DNA of 64,000 bases from NCBI GenBank assembly GCA_963848295.1, contig CAWKDB010000010.1, positions 3,296,001-3,360,000 on the forward strand. The letters run 5' to 3'. Below, piece by piece: positions 39,764-51,816 of the stretch. The translations under genes were made by a program, and so were the position numbers. The notes under the pieces were generated by a model. It saw nothing but the letters and a program-made list of their open reading frames with translations. It did no database searches and was not told the DNA's origin. Position 1 is the first letter of the stretch. Each line of letters begins with the position of its first letter. The DNA comes from an uncultured delta proteobacterium. GTDB lineage: Bacteria; Myxococcota_A; Polyangia; Haliangiales; Haliangiaceae.

Positions 39764-41179
39764 ATGGGAGAACCCTTCGCAACGCCCGAGGACGACGATG
39801 GGGTCGCCCTCGGGAGCGTGCTCGACGGCCGTTACCGCATCGATGAGGTGATCGGCATCGGCGGCATGGGCCGGGTCTATCGCGGCGAGCACACCGGCAT
39901 CGGCCGCGCCGTCGCGATCAAGGTGCTCCACGCGGATCTCGGCCGCAACAAGGAGGCCGCACAGCGGTTCCAGCGCGAGGCGCTCGCGTCAGGTCGGCTC
40001 GATCATCCGAACATCGTCGGAGTCAGCGACTTCGGCACGATCGAGCACGTCGGGCTCTACCTCGTGATGGAATCTCTCGAGGGCGAGCCGCTGGGCGATC
40101 GCCTCACCCGCGAGCGCACGATCCACTGGCTCGAAGCGATCGAGATCGCGCGCTACGTGCTGACCGGCCTGCGCCATGCCCACGATCGCGGCGTCGTCCA
40201 TCGCGACATCAAGCCGGACAACATCTTTCTCGCGCGCAAGGACGGCGATCAGATCATCAAGATCCTCGACTTCGGGATCGCGAAGCTCTACGCCGGGTCG
40301 ACCGAGGATCCCGCGATGACACGCGCCGGGCTGACGGTCGGGACGCCCGCGTACCTGTCGCCGGAACAAGCGGTCGGCGGCTTGATCACACCGGCCTCGG
40401 ATCTCTATTCGATGAGCATCGTGCTGTACGAGATGCTGACCGGCCGCGCGCCGTTCGAGGACAAAGATCCGCTCGCGATGCTGACCGCGCACGTCAGCCG
40501 CGAGCCGCCCGCGATGAGCGACATCGCACCTGCCATCCAACTACCGCCAGGGCTCGAGGATGTCGTGCGCCGCGGCATGGCGAAGATGGCGGCGGAACGG
40601 ACGAGCTCCGCGATCGAATACATCGCTGAGCTCGACGCGGTCGTCGAGGCCGCCGGGTTCGCGCGGCCCAACCGCGACGCGCGCGAAGCCAGCGGCTCGC
40701 GCACGAGGGCGACCGCGACTCCCGCGGCCGCGGTGCCGGCGGTGGCGCCGGTCGAGCCCGCGCCGGCTGCGCGTGCCCAGACCGCCCCGGTGCGCGCGCC
40801 GGTCGGCGAGTCGGTCTCGAAGAAGCAGTTGGTCGTCGGCGGCATCGTGCTCGTGCTCGCGCTGTTGTTCGCGCTGATCTTGCTCGCGTGGCGCAACGGT
40901 CGCACGCAGCACCCCACGCCGGCCGACGGTTCGGCGGCTCCGATCGCGAGTGTCCCGGCTTCAGCTCCGTCGAGCGATGCCGAGCGCGAGCTGCGCATGA
41001 AGGCCGCGCTGCACGATCTCGAGGACAGCAAGTCGTGCGCCGACAAGAGAGCCGCGGTCGCGACGCTCGACGAGCTCGCCGATGCGCGCGCGGTCCCCTC
41101 GCTGAGGGCGCGTGCCAAAGATGCGTGCGTGAAGACCGAGGTCGAAGCGTTGCTCAAGAAGCTGACAACGCCAAAGTAG
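39764..41179 (+). CDS. Membrane Ser/Thr protein kinase
   Basis: GIGGMGRV, HRDIKPDN, DFG, GTPAYLSPE; a TM segment. Confidence 0.92.
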   Translation: MGEPFATPEDDDGVALGSVLDGRYRIDEVIGIGGMGRVYRGEHTGIGRAVAIKVLHADLGRNKEAAQRFQREALASGRLDHPNIVGVSDFGTIEHVGLYLVMESLEGEPLGDRLTRERTIHWLEAIEIARYVLTGLRHAHDRGVVHRDIKPDNIFLARKDGDQIIKILDFGIAKLYAGSTEDPAMTRAGLTVGTPAYLSPEQAVGGLITPASDLYSMSIVLYEMLTGRAPFEDKDPLAMLTAHVSREPPAMSDIAPAIQLPPGLEDVVRRGMAKMAAERTSSAIEYIAELDAVVEAAGFARPNRDAREASGSRTRATATPAAAVPAVAPVEPAPAARAQTAPVRAPVGESVSKKQLVVGGIVLVLALLFALILLAWRNGRTQHPTPADGSAAPIASVPASAPSSDAERELRMKAALHDLEDSKSCADKRAAVATLDELADARAVPSLRARAKDACVKTEVEALLKKLTTPK

Positions 41180-41187
41180 GCGTCGGC

Positions 41188-42033
41188 TCACGCGCTCGCG
41201 GTCTTCCAGTCCTTCTTCGAGAACGTGTCGAAGTCGATGACGAGCGCGATCGCCTTGTCGTCGGCATCGACCGCCCAATACGCCGTGTACTCGCCGTTGC
41301 CGGGGGCGAGCGCGAGCGCGCGCCGGCCATCGATCAGCGGGATCTCGGTCGGCTCGAGCCCGGCGACGGCCGGGACCGCGAGCACGCCGGTCGCTGCGCC
41401 GGTGTCGACGGTGCGGGCTCGCCCCGCGCCGGCAGCACCGCCGGACGGCGGTGCGGTTGGATCGACGAGCGCGATCCAACCACTCGTCACCGGAACGCGG
41501 GGCAGATCATCGGGCGACCTCGGCGGCTTCTGACCTCTGTAGTGCGCGACCGTCCAGCGCGCGATCGGCGGCCGGCCGACGTGCACGACGACGGCAGCGA
41601 GGCGCTGCTTCGCACCGTCGATCGAGCCCCGACCATCGGTCGCGATCGACGTCATCGCGCGAAACATGCCGGTGCCGACCGGGCGATCGAACACGCGCCA
41701 ACTCTTCGGCACGGCGGGGTCGCCGATCGCGATCGCGCCCGAGCTGACCGGCAGCGCGGTCGTGAGCCATTTCACATCGATCTTGTAAGCGCCGAACTTT
41801 TCGCCGTAGCGGAGCAGGCGGGCGACATCGCGCGGTGCCGCGAGCTCGTCGCGTTGCGCGGGGGGCGGCGGTGGTGCGGGCGGCGCCGGCGTCGTGACCC
41901 GAGTCGACTTCGGCTTTGCGACGCGCTTGGCCGCCGGCGTCGTGGCCCGAATCGACTTCGGCTTTGCGACGCGCTTGGCCGCCGGCTCTTTCGCCGCCGC
42001 CTTCGGTCTCGACTTGGCCTTCGTCTTCGCCAC
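41188..42033 (-). CDS. DUF4241-like protein with Lys/Ala-rich N-terminus and a 19-aa insertion
   Basis: SSGAIAIGDP and GNGEY.AYW..D...ALVIDF; PAAKRVAKPKS duplication. Confidence 0.65.
   Translation of the reverse strand: MAKTKAKSRPKAAAKEPAAKRVAKPKSIRATTPAAKRVAKPKSTRVTTPAPPAPPPPPAQRDELAAPRDVARLLRYGEKFGAYKIDVKWLTTALPVSSGAIAIGDPAVPKSWRVFDRPVGTGMFRAMTSIATDGRGSIDGAKQRLAAVVVHVGRPPIARWTVAHYRGQKPPRSPDDLPRVPVTSGWIALVDPTAPPSGGAAGAGRARTVDTGAATGVLAVPAVAGLEPTEIPLIDGRRALALAPGNGEYTAYWAVDADDKAIALVIDFDTFSKKDWKTASA
41410..41466 (-). repeat. 57-bp double-hairpin element, in-frame
   Basis: 46/57 identical to the tandem unit. Begins with GTCGA and is followed by GTCGA. Confidence 0.9.
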
Positions 42034-42091
42034 GCGCGAAACCTAACACGCCGGGTAGATCGTCCGCCTACACCACGCGTTGACACGCGAC

Positions 42092-43009
42092 ATGAAGCCG
42101 TATTGGACACTGCTCGCATTGGTCGGCTTGGGTGGAACGTCATTCGCGGATGACGATGCGCGGCCCGTCGCCACCGGCGAGCTCAGCTATGTCCGTGACT
42201 CGGTGCGCGGCGTCGCGCAGGACTACTTGGTGCTGCCGTCGGGCGGTGAGCTCGTCGGCGACATGAAGTTCGTCATGGCGGATCCGCTGCTCGGCGGCAA
42301 GGGGCTGCAGTTCACCGACCTCGCCTTGTTCGAGCTCGCCGGCCGCTGGTCGTTCGGCAAACAGCTCGAGCTCGCCTCGCACGTCGCATTCTTGGCGAAG
42401 CAGCCGTCGTATACCGACGAGAAGACCTGGCAGAGCGTCGATGTCGTGGGCCGCGCCGGCATCGGGCATCACGGCGCGCTCGCGTTGTCAGGCGCGGGTG
42501 GCCATCTGATGGATCACGATGGCGAGTGGCTGCGCCAGGGCCTCGACCTCGAGTGGAAGAAGACGATCGATCGCGAGTTCCTCTCGTTCGACATGCACGG
42601 CGGCGTCGATAGCATCGAGCTCGTGACGCCGGGACAACAAGCGGCGTACCTCAGCGAGGCCAGCGTCGCGGCGGCCGCGCTGTTTCGCGAGCCGAGCGGA
42701 CATTGGGGCGCGTGGATCGGTTTGTCCTATGCGCTGCCGTTCGCTCATCACGGCATCGATCCGACGAGTCAGCTCGCGCTCGATCCGCAGCCCCGCCTCG
42801 ATTTCCACATCGGCACCGCGCTGTCGCTCGTGGACAACTGGGACTTGTTCGTCGACTTTGCGGTCATCGATCGCGGCGACCTGTCGAACCCGGCGACCCG
42901 GTTGCCGATCCTCGACGGCGGGTTCGACCAGCGCCAGCTCGTGCTCGGGGTGACCCGCCACTTCGCGGGCGCTACGAGAAATCGCTACCAGTACGCGATG
43001 GCGGAGTAG
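42092..43009 (+). CDS. Secreted or outer-membrane hypothetical protein
   Basis: Signal peptide, beta-strand pattern. Confidence 0.7.
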   Translation: MKPYWTLLALVGLGGTSFADDDARPVATGELSYVRDSVRGVAQDYLVLPSGGELVGDMKFVMADPLLGGKGLQFTDLALFELAGRWSFGKQLELASHVAFLAKQPSYTDEKTWQSVDVVGRAGIGHHGALALSGAGGHLMDHDGEWLRQGLDLEWKKTIDREFLSFDMHGGVDSIELVTPGQQAAYLSEASVAAAALFREPSGHWGAWIGLSYALPFAHHGIDPTSQLALDPQPRLDFHIGTALSLVDNWDLFVDFAVIDRGDLSNPATRLPILDGGFDQRQLVLGVTRHFAGATRNRYQYAMAE

Positions 43010-43117
43010 ACCTCGGTACCCGGGTGGGTAGATGCGTACTCAGCCCTACTCGACTGGCGAACGCTTACATATCGAGGATCATGGACAAGTGTGCCGCGCC
43101 CCGACGTGAGGGTGACC

Positions 43118-43133
43118 TGGCGCGGGCTTCGCA
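43118..43133 (+). promoter_or_regulatory. sigma54 -24/-12 promoter of fliA
   Basis: TGGCGCGGGCTTCGCA (GG-N10-GC). Confidence 0.6.
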
Positions 43134-43145
43134 CATGGCGGCGGC

Positions 43146-43820
43146 ATGGACGTCATCGACCGCCAAACTGCGCGAGATCAGCTGATTTCTGACTACGTCG
43201 GCATGGCGCGCAACATCGCGCTGAAGATGGCGCGCCGCTATCCAGCGCACGTCGACCGCGACGACATCGTGGCGGCCGCGATGCTCGGCCTGACCGAGGC
43301 GGCGAGCCGGTTCGACGAGTCGCGACGCGAGCCGTTCATGTCGTTCGCCGAACGCCGAGTCCGTGGCGCCGTGATCGACGAGCTGCGCCGCGGCGACGTG
43401 TTGACCCGCAATGCTCGCAAGCTCGCGCGCAAGGTCAACGCCGCTCGGCGCGATCTCGAGCAGCGCGGGATCGAGGCGACCGACGAGCTCGTCGCCGAGG
43501 CCTGCGGCGTATCGCTCGAGGAATTCGTCACCGACATCAAGCCACGCGTCACCGTCGAACATAAGGGTCTCAACGGGACGCTGGTCGCGACCGAGCCTCG
43601 CCAGGATGCGCAGTTGATCGAGCAGCGCGAACGCCAAGACGTCAAGGACGCGATGGGCGAGCTCCCGGCGCGCGAGTTGACTTGCTTGGAGCTGCACTAC
43701 TTCGAGGACCGGCCGTACTACGACATCGGACGGTCGATCGGTGTCACGCCAGCTCGGGTCTATCAGCTCTGCAGTCGCGCGCTCGAACGCGTGCGCACCA
43801 CGCTCGCGCACGCGGCCTAG
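43146..43820 (+). CDS. fliA: FliA/WhiG-family sigma factor (sigma28)
   Basis: DDIVAAAMLGL, FAERRVRGAVIDELR, GVTPARVYQL; flagellar context. Confidence 0.85.
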   Translation: MDVIDRQTARDQLISDYVGMARNIALKMARRYPAHVDRDDIVAAAMLGLTEAASRFDESRREPFMSFAERRVRGAVIDELRRGDVLTRNARKLARKVNAARRDLEQRGIEATDELVAEACGVSLEEFVTDIKPRVTVEHKGLNGTLVATEPRQDAQLIEQRERQDVKDAMGELPARELTCLELHYFEDRPYYDIGRSIGVTPARVYQLCSRALERVRTTLAHAA

Positions 43821-43994
43821 AGATTTGCTGACCGCATCGTTGTTCAACGGGTATGCGATCACCCACCGCGGTAACAAAATACCCGGGGTGCTATCCCAGT
43901 GCTAACCATGCGAATCTAAGCTTGATTCAGTCATGTCCGCGCGATCATTCGATCGCCCTTACAAGTGGATCAAGCGCCAATCAAATCCGGAGAG

Positions 43995-44010
43995 TGGCCC
44001 AGCGCTCGCA
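43995..44010 (+). promoter_or_regulatory. sigma54 -24/-12 promoter
   Basis: TGGCCCAGCGCTCGCA (GG-N10-GC). Confidence 0.5.
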
Positions 44011-44022
44011 CTATCACTCCGC

Positions 44023-45042
<1,020 letters not shown>

Positions 45043-45045
45043 ACG

Positions 45046-46476
<1,431 letters not shown>

Positions 46477-46496
46477 GTTTCCTCGGGGGAGGCGAG

Positions 46497-47657
46497 CTAG
46501 CTGCGTCCGGGCAGCCTCACGTGGAACGTGGGGCCTTCAGGCTGCGACTTGTACTCGATGGACCCGCCGTGAGCTTCGCACGCGAGGCGGCAGAAGTACA
46601 AGCCGATGCCGCGCTTGCCATTCTTGCCCTTGGCGTACTTCGCAAACAGGTTGTTCTCCAGGTCCGGCGGCACGAGGGGACCGGTGTTGTGGACGACGAT
46701 CTCGACGCTCTCGGGGTCGTGGTCGTGGAGCGGGCGCGCCGACAGCCGGATCTCGCCGTTCGCGTTGCAGTAGCGCGCGGCGTTGCCGACCAGGTTGTGC
46801 AGGACGCGCTCGATCAGGGCGACGTCGAGGTGGCCGTTGAGCTTCTGGTCGCAGTCGACGTTGCACTTGATGTTGCGGCCCATCGCCGCCGCGTGGACGT
46901 CGATCACCTCGAGCAGCAGCGCGCGTACGGGCGCCGTGGTGCACGCAGGTTTGACGCTGGCGTCCTCGAACCGCGCGATGTCGACGAAGTTCGCGACCAA
47001 GCCGCTCATCCGGCGCAACGCGTTGAGCGTCGAGGTCAGCGCCTGGCCCTCATCGGCTTCGAGCGTGATCGAGCCGCTGATGTACGTGAGGTTCGACAGC
47101 GCGACCGCGAGGCCGTTGTTGAGGTCGTGGGCGAGCATCGCGGCGGCTTCGGCGCCGTACGCGAGCAAGCGGTCCGCGCGCTCGCGAGCGAGGCGGGATT
47201 CGATGTAGGCCTGCTGCGTACGCGCAGCGGCGATCATCCGGCGGCGCAGCTCGGCGATCACCGCCGGCTTCGTCATCACATCGTCGGCGCCGGCATCGAA
47301 GCAGGTCGCGCGGAAGTCTTCATCGTCTTGCCCGCTGAGCACCGACACCCACACCGCCGAGCCGTGAAGCTCCTTGAGCCGGCGCACGACCTCGAGACCG
47401 CTCGTCGGCATGTCGAAGTCGACGAGCGCGAGATCCGGCGGCGTGGTCTCGGCGAGCGCGATCGCGGGCTTGCCGTCCTCGGCGGTCATCACGTGGAAGC
47501 CGACCCGAGACAGGGCATTCGCGATCGCGCGGCGGACGCGAGGGTCATCGTCGACGACAAGGATGCGAACCCCGGCCAGCTGAGGCAGCGGGTGGGCCCC
47601 CGACATCGATGTGGTCGGTTCGGGGTGATCCAACAAGCTCGCGATCGCGTTCGACAC
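46497..47657 (-). CDS. Hybrid receiver-histidine kinase
   Basis: ILVVDDD receiver; AHDLNN H-box; NLVGNA; GIGLYFC. Confidence 0.88.
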   Translation of the reverse strand: MSNAIASLLDHPEPTTSMSGAHPLPQLAGVRILVVDDDPRVRRAIANALSRVGFHVMTAEDGKPAIALAETTPPDLALVDFDMPTSGLEVVRRLKELHGSAVWVSVLSGQDDEDFRATCFDAGADDVMTKPAVIAELRRRMIAAARTQQAYIESRLARERADRLLAYGAEAAAMLAHDLNNGLAVALSNLTYISGSITLEADEGQALTSTLNALRRMSGLVANFVDIARFEDASVKPACTTAPVRALLLEVIDVHAAAMGRNIKCNVDCDQKLNGHLDVALIERVLHNLVGNAARYCNANGEIRLSARPLHDHDPESVEIVVHNTGPLVPPDLENNLFAKYAKGKNGKRGIGLYFCRLACEAHGGSIEYKSQPEGPTFHVRLPGRS

Positions 47658-47669
47658 GCCAAGGGGCTT

Positions 47670-47685
47670 TGCGAGCGACGTGCCA
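47670..47685 (-). promoter_or_regulatory. sigma54 -24/-12 promoter
   Basis: TGGCACGTCGCTCGCA on the minus strand. Confidence 0.65.
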
Positions 47686-47787
47686 GTAACGGTCGGTGCG
47701 CTGACGAGAGTTAGCCGCGATGAGAGCCGCGTTACGTCAAACTCGCCGACACTTTACGGCATCGGGGTCCGGCCGAATCTCTCGGTG

Positions 47788-49071
47788 ATGCCGAGTAGCG
47801 TCGCCCAAGCCCTCTCGTCGTTGGCACCTTCGCCGCCGGTCGCAGTGGTCGATACGTTGCTCGACGCCGCGATCGGGTCCGACGCCGACTTCGTGTGGAT
47901 CGAGCCCGTCCCGATGGCCGAAGAGCTCTATCTGATCTCGATCGAGAGCCAGGGTCAGGTGATCGCGACCGCTTCGATCGACGCGCTGCTCGCGCTGTCG
48001 GTGATCGCTCGGTTGGCGTTCATCTCCGGAGTCGACCTCACCGCGCCGACGGTCGTCACCGGTACCGCGCGGGTCAAGGGCCGCGGGCGCGAGTGCGACG
48101 TCGTTTGCACGTTGCGGCCCGGCACCGAGGTGCGCGCCGAGGTGATGTTCGTCAAACGCGGACCGCGACTCGTCGCGGGCGAACGGCACGAGCTCGGCGA
48201 CGGAGATCGTGTCGGTCACTATCGAATCATCGAACGACTCGGAGCAGGTGGCATGGGCAGCGTGTACAAGGTCGAGCACGTCACGCTCGGTCGGCTCTAC
48301 GCGCTCAAGGTCTTGCACCGCACCGTGCTAGAGCGCGATCCCCAGAGCGTCGATCGGTTCCTGCGCGAAGCGAGGGCGGCGTCGCGCATCCAGCATTCGC
48401 ACATCGTCGACGTGTTCGACTTCGGGTTCGTGGCCGACGGTCGGCCGTACTTCGTGATGGAGATGCTACCGGGCATCAGCCTCGCCGACCTGATCGACGA
48501 CGCGGCGCTCGAACCGGCGCGCGCACTCGAGATCGCGCGCCAGCTCGGCGAGGCGCTCGCGGCGGCTCACGAGCACGGCGTGATCCATGCCGACGTCACG
48601 CCGTCGAACGTGCTGGTCACCGAGCTCGACGACAAGACGATCGTCAAGCTCGTCGACTTCGGCCTCGCCGAGCTGCGCGAACCGAACGTCGTGCCCGAGG
48701 AGCCGGTCGCGAGCGACTTCGTGCTCGGTACGCCGTGCTACGTGTCGCCCGAACAACTGCGCGGCATGCCCGTGACCGAGCGCTCCGATCAATACGCGCT
48801 CGGCGTCGTGCTGTACGAGATGATCGTCGGCGCACCGCCGTTCACCGACACGAATCTGCGCGCGCTGTGCATGAAGCACATCAACGATGCGGTGCCCGAC
48901 GTCCACAGCAAGTTCGGCCCGGTGCCGGCGGAGCTGTCGAAGTTCATCCAGCGCTGCATGGCGAAGTCGCCGTCGGCGCGTTATCCGAGCACGCGCGCGA
49001 TGCTCGGCGATCTCGACATCGTCACCAAGCTCGTCGAACGCCGTGGCTGGCGTCGTTGGCTGACCACGTGA
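47788..49071 (+). CDS. Cytoplasmic Ser/Thr kinase with N-terminal GspE/PilB-like domain
   Basis: GAGGMGSV, ALK, HADVTPSN, DFG, GTPCYVSPE. The N-terminal domain call is tentative. Confidence 0.85.
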   Translation: MPSSVAQALSSLAPSPPVAVVDTLLDAAIGSDADFVWIEPVPMAEELYLISIESQGQVIATASIDALLALSVIARLAFISGVDLTAPTVVTGTARVKGRGRECDVVCTLRPGTEVRAEVMFVKRGPRLVAGERHELGDGDRVGHYRIIERLGAGGMGSVYKVEHVTLGRLYALKVLHRTVLERDPQSVDRFLREARAASRIQHSHIVDVFDFGFVADGRPYFVMEMLPGISLADLIDDAALEPARALEIARQLGEALAAAHEHGVIHADVTPSNVLVTELDDKTIVKLVDFGLAELREPNVVPEEPVASDFVLGTPCYVSPEQLRGMPVTERSDQYALGVVLYEMIVGAPPFTDTNLRALCMKHINDAVPDVHSKFGPVPAELSKFIQRCMAKSPSARYPSTRAMLGDLDIVTKLVERRGWRRWLTT

Positions 49072-49080
49072 GGCTAGTCC

Positions 49081-49674
49081 ATGCCCGATGACCATCCCGC
49101 CACGCCACGTCCCGTCGTCGTCTGCGTCGATGACGATCCCGAGATGCTTGCCGCGTTGCTGCGCACGCTGCGCAAGATGCCGATCGAGTTGATCTCGACC
49201 TCCGAGCCCGCACAAGCGCTCGCGTGGGTCGGTGAACGCGACATCGCGGTCCTCGTGTCGGACTACGAGATGCCCATGATGAACGGCGCCGAGCTTGCCG
49301 CGGCGGCGCGCCGCGCGCGTCCCGAAACGGTGCGCGTGCTGATGACCGGCCGGCAGACGCTCGACACCGCGGTCGATGGCATCAACCAGGGCGAGGTGTT
49401 TCGTTACGTCCAGAAGCCGTTCGATCCGAAGCGGATGGTTCAGGTCGTGACCGAGGCGGTCGCGCGCCACCAGGAGCTCGTGTCGGTGTCGAGCGAGCGC
49501 GATCGCGCGGTGCGCCGCGACCGGATCGTCGCCGAGCTCGAGTCCGAGCATCCGCACATGACGAGCGTCGCGCGCGAGTCCGACGGCACCTACATCGTGC
49601 CCGTCACGCCGCACTCCGCGGTCGCCGGGTTGGGCCTCGACGCGATCATCGCGCTCGCGGGGCGCGTCCGATGA
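49081..49674 (+). CDS. Response regulator receiver protein
   Basis: CVDDD, SDYEMP, MTG, KPF. Confidence 0.88.
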   Translation: MPDDHPATPRPVVVCVDDDPEMLAALLRTLRKMPIELISTSEPAQALAWVGERDIAVLVSDYEMPMMNGAELAAAARRARPETVRVLMTGRQTLDTAVDGINQGEVFRYVQKPFDPKRMVQVVTEAVARHQELVSVSSERDRAVRRDRIVAELESEHPHMTSVARESDGTYIVPVTPHSAVAGLGLDAIIALAGRVR

Positions 49675-49746
49675 CGACGCTGGCGGAATTGACGGCGAGC
49701 GGTGGCGCTCGCGTCGCTAACCGCGCGGCACCCCAGCGATCGCGTG

Positions 49747-49762
49747 CGGCATGGTCGTTGCT
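49747..49762 (+). promoter_or_regulatory. sigma54 -24/-12 promoter of the fliL-pse operon
   Basis: CGGCATGGTCGTTGCT (GG-N10-GC). Confidence 0.6.
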
Positions 49763-49779
49763 GTTGGAGTCCACTACCT

Positions 49780-50265
49780 ATGTCTGACGAGCCCGCCGTC
49801 AAACCGCCCGAACTGGCGAAGAGCAAGACCTCCAAAGTCGTGCTCGCGTTGCTCGTGCTCAACCTCGGCGCCAGCGGCTTCGGTGTGTTCAAGCTGCTCA
49901 CCGCGACCCCGGCCGAGGCCGCGACCGTCGCGAAAGAGCCGCCACCTCCGACCAACGAGGTGACCGGCCCGGTGATGAGCTTCGATCCGTTCGTGGTCAA
50001 CCTCGACGAGCCCGGCACGTCTCGCTACTTGAAGGTCACGCTCCAGGTCGAGCTCGAGTCGCCCGACGCGGCGGAGGCAGTCGAGAAGAGCAAGCAGCTC
50101 ATTCGCGACACGATCCTCAGCCACCTCTCGGGCCTGCACGTCAAAGACACGCTCGGCGCGGAAGCGAAGGACAAGATCCGCAGCGAGCTGATGACCCGCG
50201 TCGAGAAGGTCCTCGGCAAGAACAAGATCAAGCGGATGTTCTTCCAAGAATTCGTCGTCCAGTAG
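49780..50265 (+). CDS. fliL: Flagellar basal-body protein FliL
   Basis: A TM segment, FVVNL, RYLK, IRD, C-terminal FQEFVVQ. Confidence 0.9.
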   Translation: MSDEPAVKPPELAKSKTSKVVLALLVLNLGASGFGVFKLLTATPAEAATVAKEPPPPTNEVTGPVMSFDPFVVNLDEPGTSRYLKVTLQVELESPDAAEAVEKSKQLIRDTILSHLSGLHVKDTLGAEAKDKIRSELMTRVEKVLGKNKIKRMFFQEFVVQ

Positions 50266-50275
50266 CGAGCAAACC

Positions 50276-51319
50276 ATGGCGAAGCCCATCACCATCGGAC
50301 GTCCCGTCGGTCCCGGCGAACCGCCGTTCATCGTCGCGGAGCTGTCCGCGAATCACCTAGGGAGTCTCGAGCGAGCCCTCGCGATCGTCGATGCGGCGGC
50401 CGATGCCGGGTGCGACGCGATGAAGCTCCAGACGTTCACTCCATCGGCCATGACGCTCGAGATGGACAAAGGTGATTTTCATATCGCCGACGGTCCGTGG
50501 CAGGGCCGGTCGCTGTGGGATCTCTACGACGAGGCGCACACGCCGTGGGAGTGGCACGCGCCGCTGTTCGCACGCGCCGCCGCGCGCGGCATGATGTGCT
50601 TCTCGACGCCGTTCGACGAGCAAGCGGTCGAGCAACTCGATCGGCTCGGCGCGCCGGCGTTCAAGGTCGCGTCGTTCGAGCTCGTCGATCTCGAGTTGAT
50701 CGCCGCGTGCGCGAGGACCGGCAAGCCGTTGATCATGTCGACCGGGATGGCCTCCGATGAAGAGATCGGCGAGGCGATCGAGACCGCGCGCTCGGCGGGC
50801 GCCGGTGGCATCGCGCTCCTGCACTGCGTGAGCGGCTATCCGACGCCGCCGGAGCAGACCAACTTGCGCCGGCTCGACGCGCTCGCGCAGCTCGGTACCG
50901 TCGTCGGCATCTCCGATCACTCGCCCGGCTCGACCGTGCCGATCGCCGCGGTCGCTCGCGGTGCCACGATCGTCGAGAAGCACCTGACGCTCGCGCGCGC
51001 CGACGGCGGCCCGGATGCGGGGTTTTCGCTCGAGCCGGCCGAGATGGCCGAGGTCGTACGGGGCTGCAAGATGGCGTGGGCCGCGCTCGGCGATGGCTCG
51101 TCCGTCCGGCCGAAGGCCGAAGCGGGCTCGCGCAAGTTTCGTCGTTCGCTCTATGCCACCGCCGACATCGCGCCCGGCGAGGCGTTCGGTCGCGACAACA
51201 TTCGCTCGATCCGCCCTGGCCTCGGCTTGCCGCCGCGTGACTTGCCGCGCGTGATCGGTCGCGCCGCGAGGGTGGCGATCGCGAAGGGCACGCCGCTCGC
51301 GTGGGAGCTGATCGCGTGA
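50276..51319 (+). CDS. pseI: Pseudaminic acid synthase
   Basis: AELSANH, KLQT, AHTPWEWH, KVASFE, HCVSGYP, EKH, SAF domain. Confidence 0.92.
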   Translation: MAKPITIGRPVGPGEPPFIVAELSANHLGSLERALAIVDAAADAGCDAMKLQTFTPSAMTLEMDKGDFHIADGPWQGRSLWDLYDEAHTPWEWHAPLFARAAARGMMCFSTPFDEQAVEQLDRLGAPAFKVASFELVDLELIAACARTGKPLIMSTGMASDEEIGEAIETARSAGAGGIALLHCVSGYPTPPEQTNLRRLDALAQLGTVVGISDHSPGSTVPIAAVARGATIVEKHLTLARADGGPDAGFSLEPAEMAEVVRGCKMAWAALGDGSSVRPKAEAGSRKFRRSLYATADIAPGEAFGRDNIRSIRPGLGLPPRDLPRVIGRAARVAIAKGTPLAWELIA

Positions 51320-51816
51320 CCGTGGCGCTGCGCAAAGCTCGCCCGCTCGACTGCCGGCGCGTGTGGGAATGGAGCTGCTCGCCGGACGCGCGCGCTAGCT
51401 CGCTCGATCCGCGGCCGATTCCGATCGCCGAGCACGAGCAGTGGTTTCGCGAGCGCGTCGCGCGTGACGGCATGTGGATCGTCGAAGCGAACCTCGCCGA
51501 CGTCGGCGTCGTGCGGATCGATCCAACCGCGCTGCCATTCGACCGGATCTCGATCGCGATCACCTCGGCGGCGCGCGGTCGCGGCATCGGTCGTCGCGCG
51601 GTCGCCGCCGCGTGCGAAGCGTGGCAACGCCCGGTGTTCGCCGAGGTCCTGCCCGACAACGCGGCGAGCCGAGCCTGTTTCGAAGCGTGCGGGTTCGTCG
51701 TGCGCGACACCGGCCCCAGAGTCGATCCCACCGCACTGCCATTCGGCAGCGCTGCCGGCCGCGGGCAAGCCGCGACCGTCGTCACTTACGCGTGGAGCCC
51801 AGCATGCAAGCCATGA
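51316..51816 (+). CDS. pseH: GNAT acetyltransferase, PseH-like, with 57-bp insertion
   Basis: EHEQWF, GVVRID, RGRGIG, DNAASRACFEACGF; located in the pse cluster. Confidence 0.7.
   Translation: MTVALRKARPLDCRRVWEWSCSPDARASSLDPRPIPIAEHEQWFRERVARDGMWIVEANLADVGVVRIDPTALPFDRISIAITSAARGRGIGRRAVAAACEAWQRPVFAEVLPDNAASRACFEACGFVVRDTGPRVDPTALPFGSAAGRGQAATVVTYAWSPACKP
51517..51541 (+). repeat. Truncated copy of the 57-bp element
   Basis: ATCGATCCAACCGCGCTGCCATTCG matches the first 25 nt of the element. Confidence 0.65.
51721..51777 (+). repeat. 57-bp double-hairpin element, in-frame in pseH
   Basis: 48/57 identical to the tandem unit; GTCG at the start and immediately after. Confidence 0.92.
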
